Source of the DNA: Lama glama | Taxonomy: Eukaryota | Length of the DNA stretch: 64,000 nt | NCBI GenBank assembly: GCA_028534125.1 | Contig: CM052817.1 | Location: 72,294,001 to 72,358,000, forward strand | Direction: 5' to 3' | Shown: positions 51,480 through 64,000 of the stretch, one piece after another | Numbering within the stretch: the first letter of the stretch is position 1 | Layout: every line of letters starts with the position of its first letter | The notes under the pieces: model-generated | The model's input: the letters and a program-made list of their open reading frames with translations, nothing else | The model's database searches: none | Told to the model about the DNA's origin: nothing | Position numbers and translations under genes: made by a program

Positions 51480-54400
51480 AATGGGTATCGTTACATATGC
51501 TAATAAGTTCACTTTTCTGTCAGATTTTAAAATGCTTTTACTATGCCATGTTTTAATGGAGAAAAATCATGGGTAGGCAAAATAACTTCTTGATGTTAAC
51601 CAAGTAAGTCTAAAATGTTTAATATATAGTAATAATATTACTAATGGTTGCTGTGAAAAGAGTGCTTAATATGTGCTAAATAACTGATTTACATCTTTTA
51701 AGAAATTAACTCAGTTAATCTTCAAAATCAGTAAAACAGATGTTACTAATTTCATTTAGCAAGGGCAAGCAAGACTTCGTATTTAAATTAATTAATTAAA
51801 GCCCAAGTCCTTAAAACTCGGTTCTGCTTCCCCTGGGAATGAAATTCAGCTTGTTTCTCATCAGTAGACTATTGGATAAAACTAGCTGTCTCCATCTGCT
51901 ACCACAATACATCTGCTAAGTTGTCTTACCACCCTACATTGCATCTTAGGAAGGTCTGCAAGTATCAAGCATTTTTCTTTAAGCATTCAATTATTTACTC
52001 ATTTATTCAAGAGGAATATATTGAGTACTTACTATTGTCCAGATACTGTTCTGTTCCAAGCCCTGGGCAGAAGAACATATAAAATGTATATATCTCTACT
52101 GAATGAACTAGGAATAATTTTCTAGCAAAAGTGTGGTTATTAGTCATGTGGAATATAAAATTCAAGCAAATACTTGTAAACAGAGGGAAAAGCTTTAACT
52201 AAGAATGTTCAGATGTTTTCAGATGTTCTGCAAGTTTTCTATTAGTATTTGCCACCCATTCGTTCACTGACTCATCTGTTAGATATTACTAACAATCAAG
52301 CCCTAAGAATTGGAATAGTGTTTAACAGTAAGATATGCACAAAAATAATTGAGAAATTTTAATGCTTTTTTCCTTGCAAGTTGAAATAGATTTCTATTAT
52401 TCAATTCATATTCAATTCAAGTCAAGGACTATCAGTGTTCTGTTACAGCATAATTTCATAATAACTAACCAAGGAGAAATCAAGTCTAAATGAGGAGTTT
52501 TTATTCATAATTTGGATATATTTTGAAGGTTTCTGGTAACAGAGAAATGATGTTAATTAATAGCTACCATATTATAATGCCTGTTATGTAGCAAATGTTC
52601 TCATTTGTCTTTCATATGATTGTATCCTTCAATATTAATTTTAAAAAGTCTATGAAATAGCTATCTAGTTGCCCTCTCTAGGCTGCAAATTCCCAATTCC
52701 ACATTTTAACTTTATCTTAGACGAGAAAACGTACAGGAAAGAGGTTCAGCACTTGCTTAAGATCACATGTAATTATAATAAATAAGTAACAGAGCCAGGC
52801 TTTGAGAATAAGAATTTTTCTCCCAATTCTATAAGTACGTAAAATAACATGGAACTGTTTTCCAACAGCATAAAATTATTTTTCTCTATGACCTGTTATT
52901 CAAGCAGAGGAAACACCTAAAGCATGATTTATAAAATATCCTTCTGAACACCTGAGCTAGGAAATTAACTCTATACAATTTGACTGACTGATGTCATTTG
53001 GTCAGAGGAAAATAACAAAGGTGATGTAGGGAGGCTTACCAAGAGGGGCACAAGGGGGAAAAAAAACATTCGATATCAGCGTATCCTGTTGAAATACCTC
53101 AGTTTTAAGCAGCAAAAATGTCGTGAATAATATTTTAAATATTACACATTTGATTAATGTGTGCATATACTCAGACCAAAAACAAGATTCCTGAAGATAT
53201 GTAAAAAGTTATACAAACATAACATCTGTGAGGGAGGGGGAAATAGCCACGATGTGACCACTAATGAACACGTGAAGCTTTCTAAGAGAGCAGAATTTTT
53301 TCATCTTTCTGAAATATTGTCTCTAATGTATATGTGCAAGTCTTCAGATTGCTAATATAACCCTACCTGCTCATTCTATTTAAGAAACATGAGGCTGAAA
53401 TGGAATTCTACATGAGATTAATAGAAAAAAATAATGAAAATGTGACTTCCATACAAAGGCATCTAACCTGGAAAGAAATGGAGACTGGCTTTGTAGACCT
53501 GCAGCTTGGCACTTTGGAATAGTGATTTCCTTTCACCATAGAAGTAGCTAGATATTAATGAGAGAAGGAGACATTTTATGAAAAGAATGTACAATGCATG
53601 AGTCACTCTGGATGAGAATTTTCTTACAAAATAATCCATAGCATAACCAAGCAGAATAATATTTATTAGCTTGAATCTGGAGAAAACTTTTGTTGTACAA
53701 AATAATTTTTAAAAAGTAAACCTTATTTATACAATTAGGGCATCAATATCAGAAAACCCTGACAGGTTTTAGACCACATAAACTAAACAGTACAGTATAG
53801 AAGTTACAAATTTAAACAAGCCAAACTAAAGAATGCAAGACCAAAACTGTCATAACAGGAAATGTAATTAGTTAAATGACTCCTTTGAAAATCTAAGTAA
53901 CATTGAAGAATTAGAAATTCATGAAATGTCACCAGAGCCTCAAAAACATGAAAAATTATATTGGCCTCTACAGCACTTACAGTCTTTTTTTGTTTAACTT
54001 GTCACCTTTATTCCTTTTACGTTAAAAAATAAAATATAGGAGAGAAAGACCCAAACGGCGACGTTCTTTTCCATTACTCTCGAACCACAAAAGCAAACCA
54101 TTTCACCCACACAGTCAACTAAAAAAGTACTTACAATAATTTATGATTAAGAAATACTTACATAATTCTAAAGCTGAGACATCAAATTTCCTGAGTGCAC
54201 TGAGAAGCAATTTTTCAATTGTTAAGGCTTAAAAAAAATTGTTTGTTTTTATCATTCAGGGATTTCTTCTATTTTACAGATAAGACCCGTGAAAAAATCT
54301 GATTCATTTTAGAGCTATTTGTGGTTTCCAAAATACCTTAACTGGTTTGGGAGTAAAGATAAATATATTTCTACATCAAGATCTAAGTCTAAATTGCTCC

Positions 54401-54899
54401 ACGTATGTGTATTTTAGGCCAACTTAGTATCTGGACAAAACCTGGAATTTCCATCTTAATTAATTTAATCATAACTACATATAAATTGTAAAGTTTGATT
54501 CTTTCCTCACTGACCAATTAAAACAGTGAAATAATCAGTAAGAAAAATCTTTATATATCTCAATATATATATCCTTAATGACATATGATCCTTTAAAGTT
54601 ATCTCTTTATTGCAGCTAATAATAATAGAACAAACTATAGAATATTACAGCTAGAAGAAAATTTAAAAATCAGTTTGCCCACTCTTACATCTCTGGATTT
54701 AATGTACTCTTAGTAAATCATTATCAAAGACTATAACATTATTAGCTATCTATCCTAACCATTTTAAATACCATTAAATTTGAACACTGGTTAATTAAAG
54801 ATAATAGCCTCAATGTTCAACTAGAGGGAGTTTAAAAAATCAATATTACCCAACATGTGAGCAAATCAAATTATTAATTCTATAGGACATGAAAAGGGC

Positions 54900-55135
54900 T
54901 TACATGAGTCAAAGAGTCTTTGACAAAATAAGTTTGAGAAAACCTGGGTTATCAAAATTTAGAAGATTTCTTCATGCAGAACTACATTGATGAGTTAATT
55001 TGTATCCCATGAATTATTAAGAAAGGGATATACTATGCCATTTTCCAAATGTATTTAATCAGAATCTACCCTCGCCTCTTTTTTCCCAGAACACCTTATG
55101 AGCTAATGTTTTTGCAGAACATACCTGGATAAAAT
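54900..55135. mobile_element. hAT-type non-autonomous DNA transposon relic (MER103-like)
   Basis: ataagtttgagaaaacctgggtta...tttcttcatgcagaact...gggatatactatgccattttccaaatgtattt resembles the recalled MER103 sequence. Confidence 0.5.
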
Positions 55136-57234
55136 CAAATTTAATAACCTATAGCATTTGAAAAAAAATAAAGTAAAATAACCTATAGCACATGGAAACA
55201 AGAAAACATTAGACAGTCATTAAGAATGACACAAAATATTTAAAGGAAAATTTAGTTCATGAGTTAAGTAGATTACAATATACAGTGATATTTATTTATC
55301 CATATGTATTTATCATATAGTATATGCTTACATTATCTATGTGTATTACAAAGATCAATTTGATCTTCATAGAATTACACTAATTCACTTCTTAAAAATG
55401 CGTTACAGTTACGTCCTAGCCTCTAGATTTAAGATAATTTACATTACATATCCTGAGCTTAAAAACCTTCATCAAGTTTGTACTAGATTCAAGGTTCCAA
55501 CAGTAAGCGTAGGATAAAGTGACAGCCATGTTCTTTCCGTAAAACTGTTCCTTGGACTTTACTGCACTTAAGTTTTCACTCATTTGCCACAATATGTTTG
55601 AAATTATGGGTTTTTTAAATCCATTTTGTCTTTGACAAAAATCAAATTCCCTAAAGCAAATTCTCTCCAGTTTTTAGAATGATATTGTCTTAAATTATTG
55701 TGGACAGATTTTAATACTACATGTTTATTATATTACATTTGATTTGTTCCCACAAGGAAAATTAAATCTGGAAATAATTTGAAATCACGTATCAGAAGGA
55801 AGCTACTAATCTAGGTCTGAATTCTGAGTTAAAAAAATGAAAAAATCATGTTAAAACAAGAGTTCTCATCACTGAATATGAGCACTACACTTGCCAAATT
55901 TAACTTTCCTTTAAAAAATTTTTTTGTTAAAGGAAAATATGAACAGACATCTCAGTTTGTTTGAAAAGTCCCATTATATCAATTTTTCTGGTATGATTAC
56001 TAGTAGCATCCTTTTTCACTTTCATAAGTGTCCCAGCTTGGATAATAAATTATGTGGTCACCTGAGTTCAGTGGAGCCACTGTTCCCACCACTTAACCAT
56101 TGGGTGTGCAAAAAAGTTCTGGAGACTTTATAACCTGATCAGATGGGTGTATGAGCCGGCTGATAGAATTTGTGATTACTTATTATCTAAATTACTTTCT
56201 TAACTTATGAATCTACTAGTTCAGTCAAGTAAATTCATTCTAAAAATAAAGAAGCAGAAACTGGTGAAAGAATTCCAGATTTTGCCTACTCTGTTATATG
56301 TACCATTTATAACGTATATAATAACTCAGGAGAAATTTGTTTCTGCTCTAACCTCCTACTTTTCCCTTAGAGGTACTCCCCTACTTGCTGTGTTTTCTGG
56401 GTTTGTTTCTTTGCCTGTTTTGATTTGTTTTATATTGGCTCAGAGACAACTAATATGGTAACTTTAATGATATTAGGGTTGGGAAATTTAAAAGAGTGAC
56501 TTTGAGGTTATTCTGCTTTCTTTTCTGCCATTTCTCTCTGAGGGTATAAATTCCAGGTGGACAATAAAATTAAATGAAGTCAGAAAAGAGAGAGGATAAG
56601 GAGAACATATTGAATGAAAAAAAAAACCAATATTTTAAAAATTACTGTTCTACCCTACATTTTTTTCTTGTAAATACTTTATCACTAGGCATAACAAATA
56701 TTTAGGGACAGACGTTGAAAATAAGAAAACACAAAATAAATTGTATTTAAAGAAAAAAAAAACTCTAGCCATAAAATACCTGAAAAGAATAGTTTGTTGG
56801 TAATGATATTTTTGTTTTCATTGAAAAAGGCATTGCTATGATGCCTCGTCACAATATGTAGTTATAATGAATATTCAATTTATTATTATGAGGTCATAGC
56901 TAAAGCATAATGTTTGCCTTCATGAATGTGCTAGTCAAGTTCTTTTGGCTACAAGAAACAAAAAATCCTTGCAAGGTTTTTATTAAAAAAATAATTTTGC
57001 TATTAATTCCCACTCCTTATCTACCATCCTCTGTTTTAGATATTTCATCTTTCGACTAAGATAGACCATCACGCAGCTGTCTAATTACTTTTATTTGGAT
57101 CTCCTCATGGAACTAGTTTTAATTCATTATACTTTGGTAGTTTGAATTCTATTATAAGAGATAGATCTATGAAACCTCATAATGGTCTGTAGTACTTTTA
57201 TAAAAATGGTATTCATATATATTTTTCATATTTC

Positions 57235-57318
57235 TTTTTATGTATGACTGAAACATTACTCTGTACACCAGAAATCGACACATTGTATCTGACTACACTT
57301 CAATAATAATACGAAAAA
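57235..57318 (+). mobile_element. Short L1 3' tip
   Basis: atgtatgactgaaacattactctgtacaccagaaatcgacacattgtatctgactacacttcaataa. Confidence 0.75.
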
Positions 57319-59144
57319 TGAATTAGAAACAAATTCTAAAGTAGCATCACACACATGCACACAAAGCTATTCATTGTGAAACCTTTACTTCACTCAGTGA
57401 CATATTTGTGATCTCAGCACTAAGAAAAGTCACTCTATAGATCTGGTGTCATATTTTAATTCATGTTTTATTCTGTTTTGGTCTGTAGGATGTTCATAGG
57501 CAGATATACAGAAATGTATACCTGTATACATGTAGTAACCTTGCCCTTTATTTCACTTAATTTTTCTACCATTATTTTTCCTGTTTCCTAATGTTCTTAT
57601 TTTTCTTTATCCTGCTATGTATACATTCTTCTGTAAGTTGCCACAAAAAAATTCATTTTTAAAATGAAGCAAGTTTTAAGTATTGTGATATATTGCACTT
57701 TAAAAATACACATTTAAATTATGGAAAATAATGTTTCCTATTAATTCTTTAAAATAAGATCTTTTAAATGATAATGCACTTTTAAAAGATAAAATTAAAT
57801 ATTTCAGAAAAAGAGGGAAAGAGTATGTTGATTGTGATATTTGCTCAACTTCATTTCATTTCGTATTTACTTTTTTCAGATTTTTGGCCATTATTTACAT
57901 TATGTATGCTACTTATTTGTATGAGACTATATATTATATTATTTATGTTCATCATATACATTGCATACATTTATCTTTTAAAATATCTAATTTTTTAAAG
58001 TAAAGAAGTAATACTGAAGTTTTATAGAACTAATTTAGTCACTGTGTAAATTATTATACCTTTACCAGGAAACACTTGTAGCAAAAAGGTGGGTTTTACT
58101 ATTTTTGCTGTAGACCATAAGTAGCATTCCACACTGAGGCATATTCAACAGCTGTCTTATGCCAGGAAAGCCTATGCATTATAATCTCTGCCAGCTGGAA
58201 GGTAACAAGGGGAAAAAATACGTATAAGAACAAACATACATATTTCATGTTTACATATCTTTCACCTTTGGGTTTTTCACGAGAAGGCATTGCTGCTATT
58301 TCAAACACTAGAATGACGACTGTCAGCATAACTTACTTTGGAGTCATTCCTGTCATCATGGCTTCTGCTGCCCCGTTTAAAATGCCTTCCTTGTTATCTC
58401 CTCATCTCAACTGGACCCTCGATATGAGACTCTTCAGAGAGGTCAAAATTTAATAAACACGAAGTTGAACTCTCAGTAATTCTAAAGTAAGCAACTCATG
58501 ATGACGGCCACAATGGCCAGTGCCCACACAATTCATTCTGACAGAGTGGTTTACAATCACAAATAAGCACGGGAATAGTGCATTTGCCAATAAGGGATCT
58601 GATACTCCTGATCTTTCTACAGGCGTTAATGTAACGTGCTTGGGTCACTGCTTAGCGGAACAAAAGGAGAACAGAGCCTGCCTCTTGCTGTGGTGGCTAA
58701 CACTGGCCACACTTTGATGCAGAGCACACATTTAGAAGTCTGCTTACCAAGCAGTAACTTGAAAAGAAAGTCTTATTTGAAGATGAATTCTCAGGAAATC
58801 ATGTCTCATAGAAAGGTCTGGACATCTAGACTTCTTTATGCACAGCAAGAGGGTATCTGAATGCGGTGGTAGTCACAACATTATTAACAATCACTTCTGT
58901 AGTCCAGCACATCCTACTAGATTATGATCAGTGTCAATAACATCATCTTTAAAAATATCAAGATATGGTAGTTCACGCACAGATACACATATTCATCAAT
59001 AATCTATATTAATCTTCTCCTGGAACTCCTAAATATTCAAAAACAGCCCAGTGAGGATTATTTTATCATTCCCACTTTAAAGATAAAGAAAATTGACTTT
59101 AATAATTAAGTTAGTGGCCCCAAACCCCACATCTGAAAAACCGC

Positions 59145-60350
59145 AGACTTAAAGATACTTGAAGAACTAAGGGAAGACATGGACAAAGTCAAGAAAGCAA
59201 TATATGGACAAAAGGCAAATATCCATAGATAGAAAATTTTTAAAAAACCAAAAGGAAATTCTGGAGCTGAAAATTACAATACCTGAAATAAAAACTTTAT
59301 TAGCAAAATTCAAAAGCAGATTTCAATAGGCAGAAGAAATCATGATGACTTGAAGACAGAAAGAGAAATGGAAATTATTGGGTCTGAGGAATGGAAAGAC
59401 AGAAGTTTGAAGAAAAGTGAACAAACCCTAAGTGACCTGTGGGACACCATCAAACACACTGCGCGCATCATGGAAGTTCAGAAGGAGAAGGGTAAGAAAA
59501 CGGTGGAGAAAATACGTGAAGAAATAAAAGCAGAAAATTTTACATATTTAGTAAAAAATGAATATAAACATCCAAATATATTAATGAATCTCCAAGTAGA
59601 ATGAACTCAGAGGCTCACACTGAGATATTATAATCAAACTATTGGAAGTAAAAGACAAAGAGAAAATTAAAAAAAAATTTTATTGAAGTATTGTTGATTT
59701 AGGGAAAATCTTGAAAACATTAAGAGAAGAGCAACTCACGACAGAGAAGTGATCCTTAAGATTTTCAGCAGATTTCTCATTAGAAATTTGGAAAACCAGA
59801 AGACAGTGAGCTGATATGTTTAAAATACAAGCAAACAAATCAAACCTGTCAAACCAAAAGCCCATTTTTGGCAAAACTGTCCTTCAAAAGTGAGAAAGAA
59901 ATGAAGAGATTTCCAGATAAACAAAAGCAGAGAGAGTTCACTATAATTAGACATATCAAGAAATGCTGAAGGGATCTCTATAGGTTGAAGTGAAAGGACA
60001 CTAGACAGTAACTCAAAGCTGGGTGAAGAAACACAAATCACAGTAAAGGCAAATACATGGACAGTTATAAAAGCTTGTTATAGTAGAGCTGGTTGGTAAC
60101 TCCGTATTTTCCCTTTTATATAATTTTCTATGATAGTTCAGTTAAGATGTATAAGTTCAATTAGAGCGTTATAACTAGGATGTAAAATCACTACCACAAA
60201 GAACACAGCTATAGGATATATACAAAAGGAAATGAGAATGAAATCAAACCATTATGCTACAAAAAAATCAGCTAAACCCAAAAGGAAATAGTAATGCAGG
60301 AAATGAGGGACAAAAAAAGCTACAAGGCATATTGAACAAAAAAAGCAAAA
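59145..60350 (+). mobile_element. Old L1M ORF1 and inter-ORF relic (pseudogenised)
   Basis: ORF 59350-59604 (LSDLWDTIKHTARIMEVQKEK...EKIREEIKAENF) matches the L1 ORF1p motif; gaaattctggagctgaaaa and cagcagatttctcattagaa...ccagaagacagtg. Confidence 0.85.
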
Positions 60351-62589
60351 GACAAAAGAAAGACATTGCATATAAATACATAGAGCTTTCTCTCTACTTC
60401 AAGCATTTTAATGGGGGCAGTATCATCCTCAGAGTTGTGAAAACTGCTTCTGAGGGACAGAAATACCTTTAATACATAAACAGATATATGGTGTATTTGT
60501 GTTATTAAATGCCAAGCAGAGGGAGATTTGAAAAAAAAATTGTCTAAAAAAGACTCCTTCTGGGGCAATAATGAAAACAAGTTTGAGAAACACTGTTTTC
60601 CTCTAAATTTTTGGTGACTTCATTTTCTCCATCTTATGTGGGGTTGGGGTGGTTTATCCATTATCCAAGGAGACATTCTGTAATATAAGGTAGGAGAATT
60701 CTCAGATACAAACTGTGTACAATTGAGGTGATTCACAGCTCTGATCAAAGTTCCAAGTACACATCTGAAGTGTGAAATAATCCCTTCCACATATCCATAT
60801 TGTATACCTTGATACAATGTGTCTTTATTTCAAAAAGGAAAATTTTGAAAGATAAATACATTTAGAATATTTTTTTTTAAAGACTCTATTCTTACATTGC
60901 AGTCATATGCAGGCAACTTCCACCCATCAGTCCTGGGGCCTCCCAACTTTACTCATCTTTATATCTTTGGAAAAATCGCTTTTTTCCCCTGTTGAACTTC
61001 AAGGTGTAAGCTCCTTGGCTTCCAGCCAGTGTTTCTAATGTCTTGGGCCACATCACACCACTGTCTGGCCTGCATTCTCTTTCAAGGGAGATTTCTAAAA
61101 TTATTTGTGGTTATCTCACATTGGAAGATAAGCAAAAGATGGAAGTGTCTGTTTTAGATGAACTGAAACTACCTCACTTGAAAAAAAAAAAACAAGCAAA
61201 AGTTTAACATGTATTAGTCAGCAAGACTGCTGCAAAACGTTTTAATTTCTGGTATTTCTGAATTTGTCTCCCTAGGCAAGGTAGAATAGATGAGCCAATC
61301 ACAGTAAGATCTCTACTTTTGATTAATGTGTCTGATATATAAATAAGACACCAGCATGAAGTTTCTGCATCTGAGATAACAACCTGGGGGAAGAAGGAAA
61401 TTTGAGGACCAGGACCTGCCTTCAAACTGCTCGTGCCAAGGAATAAGCAGAGGGTGGAAAGGGCATCACAGGGAACCTACTAGTCCCTGGTCAAGTTGCG
61501 ACCTGTGGGAAGGACGCTCTGAGATTCAGATTCTTCTGATTTTCTCCTGGCAAGAGCCTTGGCAGAGCAAGAAATTCATTGGCCAGTCAGGATCATGTGA
61601 CTTTGCATCCACTGTCCTCACTGTGTGGCTCCGGAGGGCATAACACCAGATAGTGATTCTATCCTTCATTAGCAAAATGGAAGGGAGATTGAGCTGAAAG
61701 GGCTTCTACCAATTACTCGTACTTTTTTGTCCACTGCATCTGATAGATGTATCACTTTTCCTTTACTTCTATTCTTCTTTGAAAAGCACATAAAATCTTT
61801 TTTGTGTAGATTGAATAGAAATGTTCCTAATTCTTCTTGTTCATCCATAGTCTCTCTTATATAACACTTCCTTTTTCTTCCCCTAACTGGGGGATCTAAG
61901 AATTAGAGAGATTTAGGGCTGAAAGTGCATGTCTGGGTTCCCCAGAGCAAGAAATTCTCTTCTAATCCAAACTCTTCATGTTACAGAGGAGCTCAGAAAA
62001 GATTGTTTTCCTGAAGATTATACTGTTAGTTTCTCACAGGTCTTGAATCAGAATTTGGGCGTACTGATTCCCTGCCCAGCACTTTTTCCATGATGGTGAA
62101 TGCCTCCCCATCAACTCCTCTTCCCCCTAGTTCTCCATCTGCATTTCCACCTTAATGTTGTTCCCATCTGGCCTTTCTTTCATTTCGTACGTCAACATCA
62201 TTATCCCCAAAAAGCACTGCAAAGCTATTTCATTATTCATTGGGTATCTCTGCCTTTGTCACTCAGTTGAAGCTCTCCTCACCTTTTCCTGTCTCCATAA
62301 ATTTCCCTTTTACATCATCACCCTATCCCACACTTCCACATTTTTCTGACAAAAGTTATTAATAACACATGAATTGCCAAGACAACATTTCCTTCATAAT
62401 CATTTAATTGAACTTGGCTTTGTGAAGTTCTTATCCCTTTTAAAAATCATTCATCAAATAGTTTGAGCTCCTGTTATTGTCCCAACCCTGCGGTAGACAC
62501 TGGAGAGACGAAAGAAGACACGGTTGCCATCGATAGAGGTCCAAGTCTTTCTCCTGTTTTCTTTGTTCACTGTATTTACACCTGTTTCT

Positions 62590-63190
62590 AGGACTTTTTC
62601 ACTATCACCTCTTCTTCTGCCAAGCTCTTAAATGTTGCTCTTGTCTTCAGGATTCTGTTTCAGTTTCTTTTTCTTCTCTGTTGATGGAAACCTCTCTGTG
62701 GGTCCTTAACTATATTCTGAACCTATTAATCTGGATTTCCAACTGTTTTTAGATACTCCTACCTCAAGATCGTGTAAGCACTCATATTCCACTGCCTAAA
62801 AATGAGCTCTTTATCTTGCTGGGCTCTCCACCCATGCCTCCTCCTCTAGAGTTCCTTGTCTATTCTTAGATGATAATATTTGCCAAGATACTTAGAAAAA
62901 CTCAGTGGATATCTTTGATGTCTCACTTTTCCCTCTTTTGTATATCATATGGGCAAATGGTCAGCAAGCCTTGCAGACACTACTTTCCAAATGTCCTTCA
63001 AGTGTGCCCCCTCCACCCTAGTTTCATTGCCCTTGCCCTGGATTAGGTCCTCATTGTCTTTCATCTGGACCACAACAATAGGATCCTAGATGTCTCCTGT
63101 TGCCCCCTCCCAGTCTATATTCCCCAGTGCTGCTGGAATCATCCTCCTAAACATGGATTTAATTATGTGAGTTTTATATTTAATACTCCC
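62590..63190 (+). mobile_element. L2 LINE relic
   Basis: ctcttaaatgttg...tcaggattctgt; catctggaccacaacaatagg; ccccagtgctgctggaatcatcctcctaaacatggat. Confidence 0.7.
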
Positions 63191-63208
63191 CTACATATTT
63201 TAAGTCTT

Positions 63209-63792
63209 TTTTTCCTTTTTGTATTCTTTTTCATTTTCATTATAGGTTACTATAATATATTGAATACAGTTCCCTGTACTATACAGTATGAACTTGTTGT
63301 TTATCTATTTTCTATATAGTAGTTAGTATCTGCAAATCCAAAACTCCTAATTTATCCCTCCATCTCCTTCCTCCTTTCTCACTGGTAACCATAAATTTGG
63401 TTTCTATGTCTGTGAGTCTGTTTCTGTTTTGTAAATAAGTTCGTTTGTATCTTTTTTTTAAGATTCCATACATAAGTGATATCATGCGGTATTTTTACTT
63501 CTCTTTCTGACTTAGTTCACTTATAATGACAATCTCCAGGTCTATCCATGTTGCTGCAAATGGCATTATTTTATTCTTTTCTATGGCTGAGTAGTATTCC
63601 ATTCTATATTTATACTACAACTTCTTTATCCAGTCATTTTCAATGGACACTTAGGTTGTTTCCACTTCTTGGCTATTGTAAATAGTGCTGCTATGAACAT
63701 TGAGGTGCATGTATCTTTTCAAATTAGAGTTTCCTCCAGATAAATGCCCAGCAGTGGGACTGCTGGATCATATGGTAAAACTATTTTTAGTT
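63209..63792 (-). mobile_element. L1 3' fragment ending at an internal A-rich tract
   Basis: cattataggttactataatatattgaatacagttccctgt...tatccatgttgctgcaaatggcatt...gctggatcatatggta. TSD TTTTAAGTCTT at 63198-63208 and 63793-63803. Confidence 0.9.
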
Positions 63793-64000
63793 TTTTAAGT
63801 CTTGATTTTATTTCTTGATCCAAAGAGGAGTAAAGATAGCTCACAGAAACATGTCAAAACAAAACATTATAAAATAAAGAATCTGAAGTGGAAGAAAAAT
63901 AAAAAGAAGCAAGAGGTGGAGATCAAGCCCTCAAATCCTGTCTGTTTCCCATCGACAGACAGAAATTTGACTTTGAGTTTTAGAACAGGCTGAGCAAAGA

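Noticed and set aside
1..64000. CRISPR arrays, operons, defence systems, rRNA, miRNA or snoRNA genes
   Set aside because: The DNA is mammalian. I found no regularly spaced repeat-spacer array; the direct repeats present are TSDs or two-copy duplications. I recognised no known small-RNA sequence, but an Infernal/Rfam and miRBase search is needed to exclude one.

Overview
AT-rich, CpG-depleted mammalian genomic DNA with no prokaryotic genes, no CRISPR array and no intact protein-coding ORF that I can recognise. A tRNA-derived SINE at 5096-5214 resembles the camelid Vic-1 family, which points to a camel, llama or alpaca genome (inference from recalled consensus). The window is intronic or intergenic. 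It contains many L1 fragments, L2 and MIR relics, MaLR LTRs, one CpG-rich solo-LTR-like element, microsatellites and a 100-N assembly gap. The recognisable proteins in the ORF track are L1 ORF1/ORF2 remnants; the rest look like chance or microsatellite ORFs. The best-supported unusual structure is one L1 insertion (12138-13760) with a twin-priming 5' inversion, an apparent ~46-bp 3' transduction and a perfect 14-bp target-site duplication (TSD). There is also a second inverted L1, three ultra-short (20-56 bp) target-primed insertions, a candidate terminal exon with a poly(A) signal (10611 to ~10780), several weak exon-like segments, and repeat-poor blocks that may be conserved enhancers. I did not find a convincing previously undescribed biological system. 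Repeat subfamily names and most repeat boundaries are approximate because they were recognised by eye.
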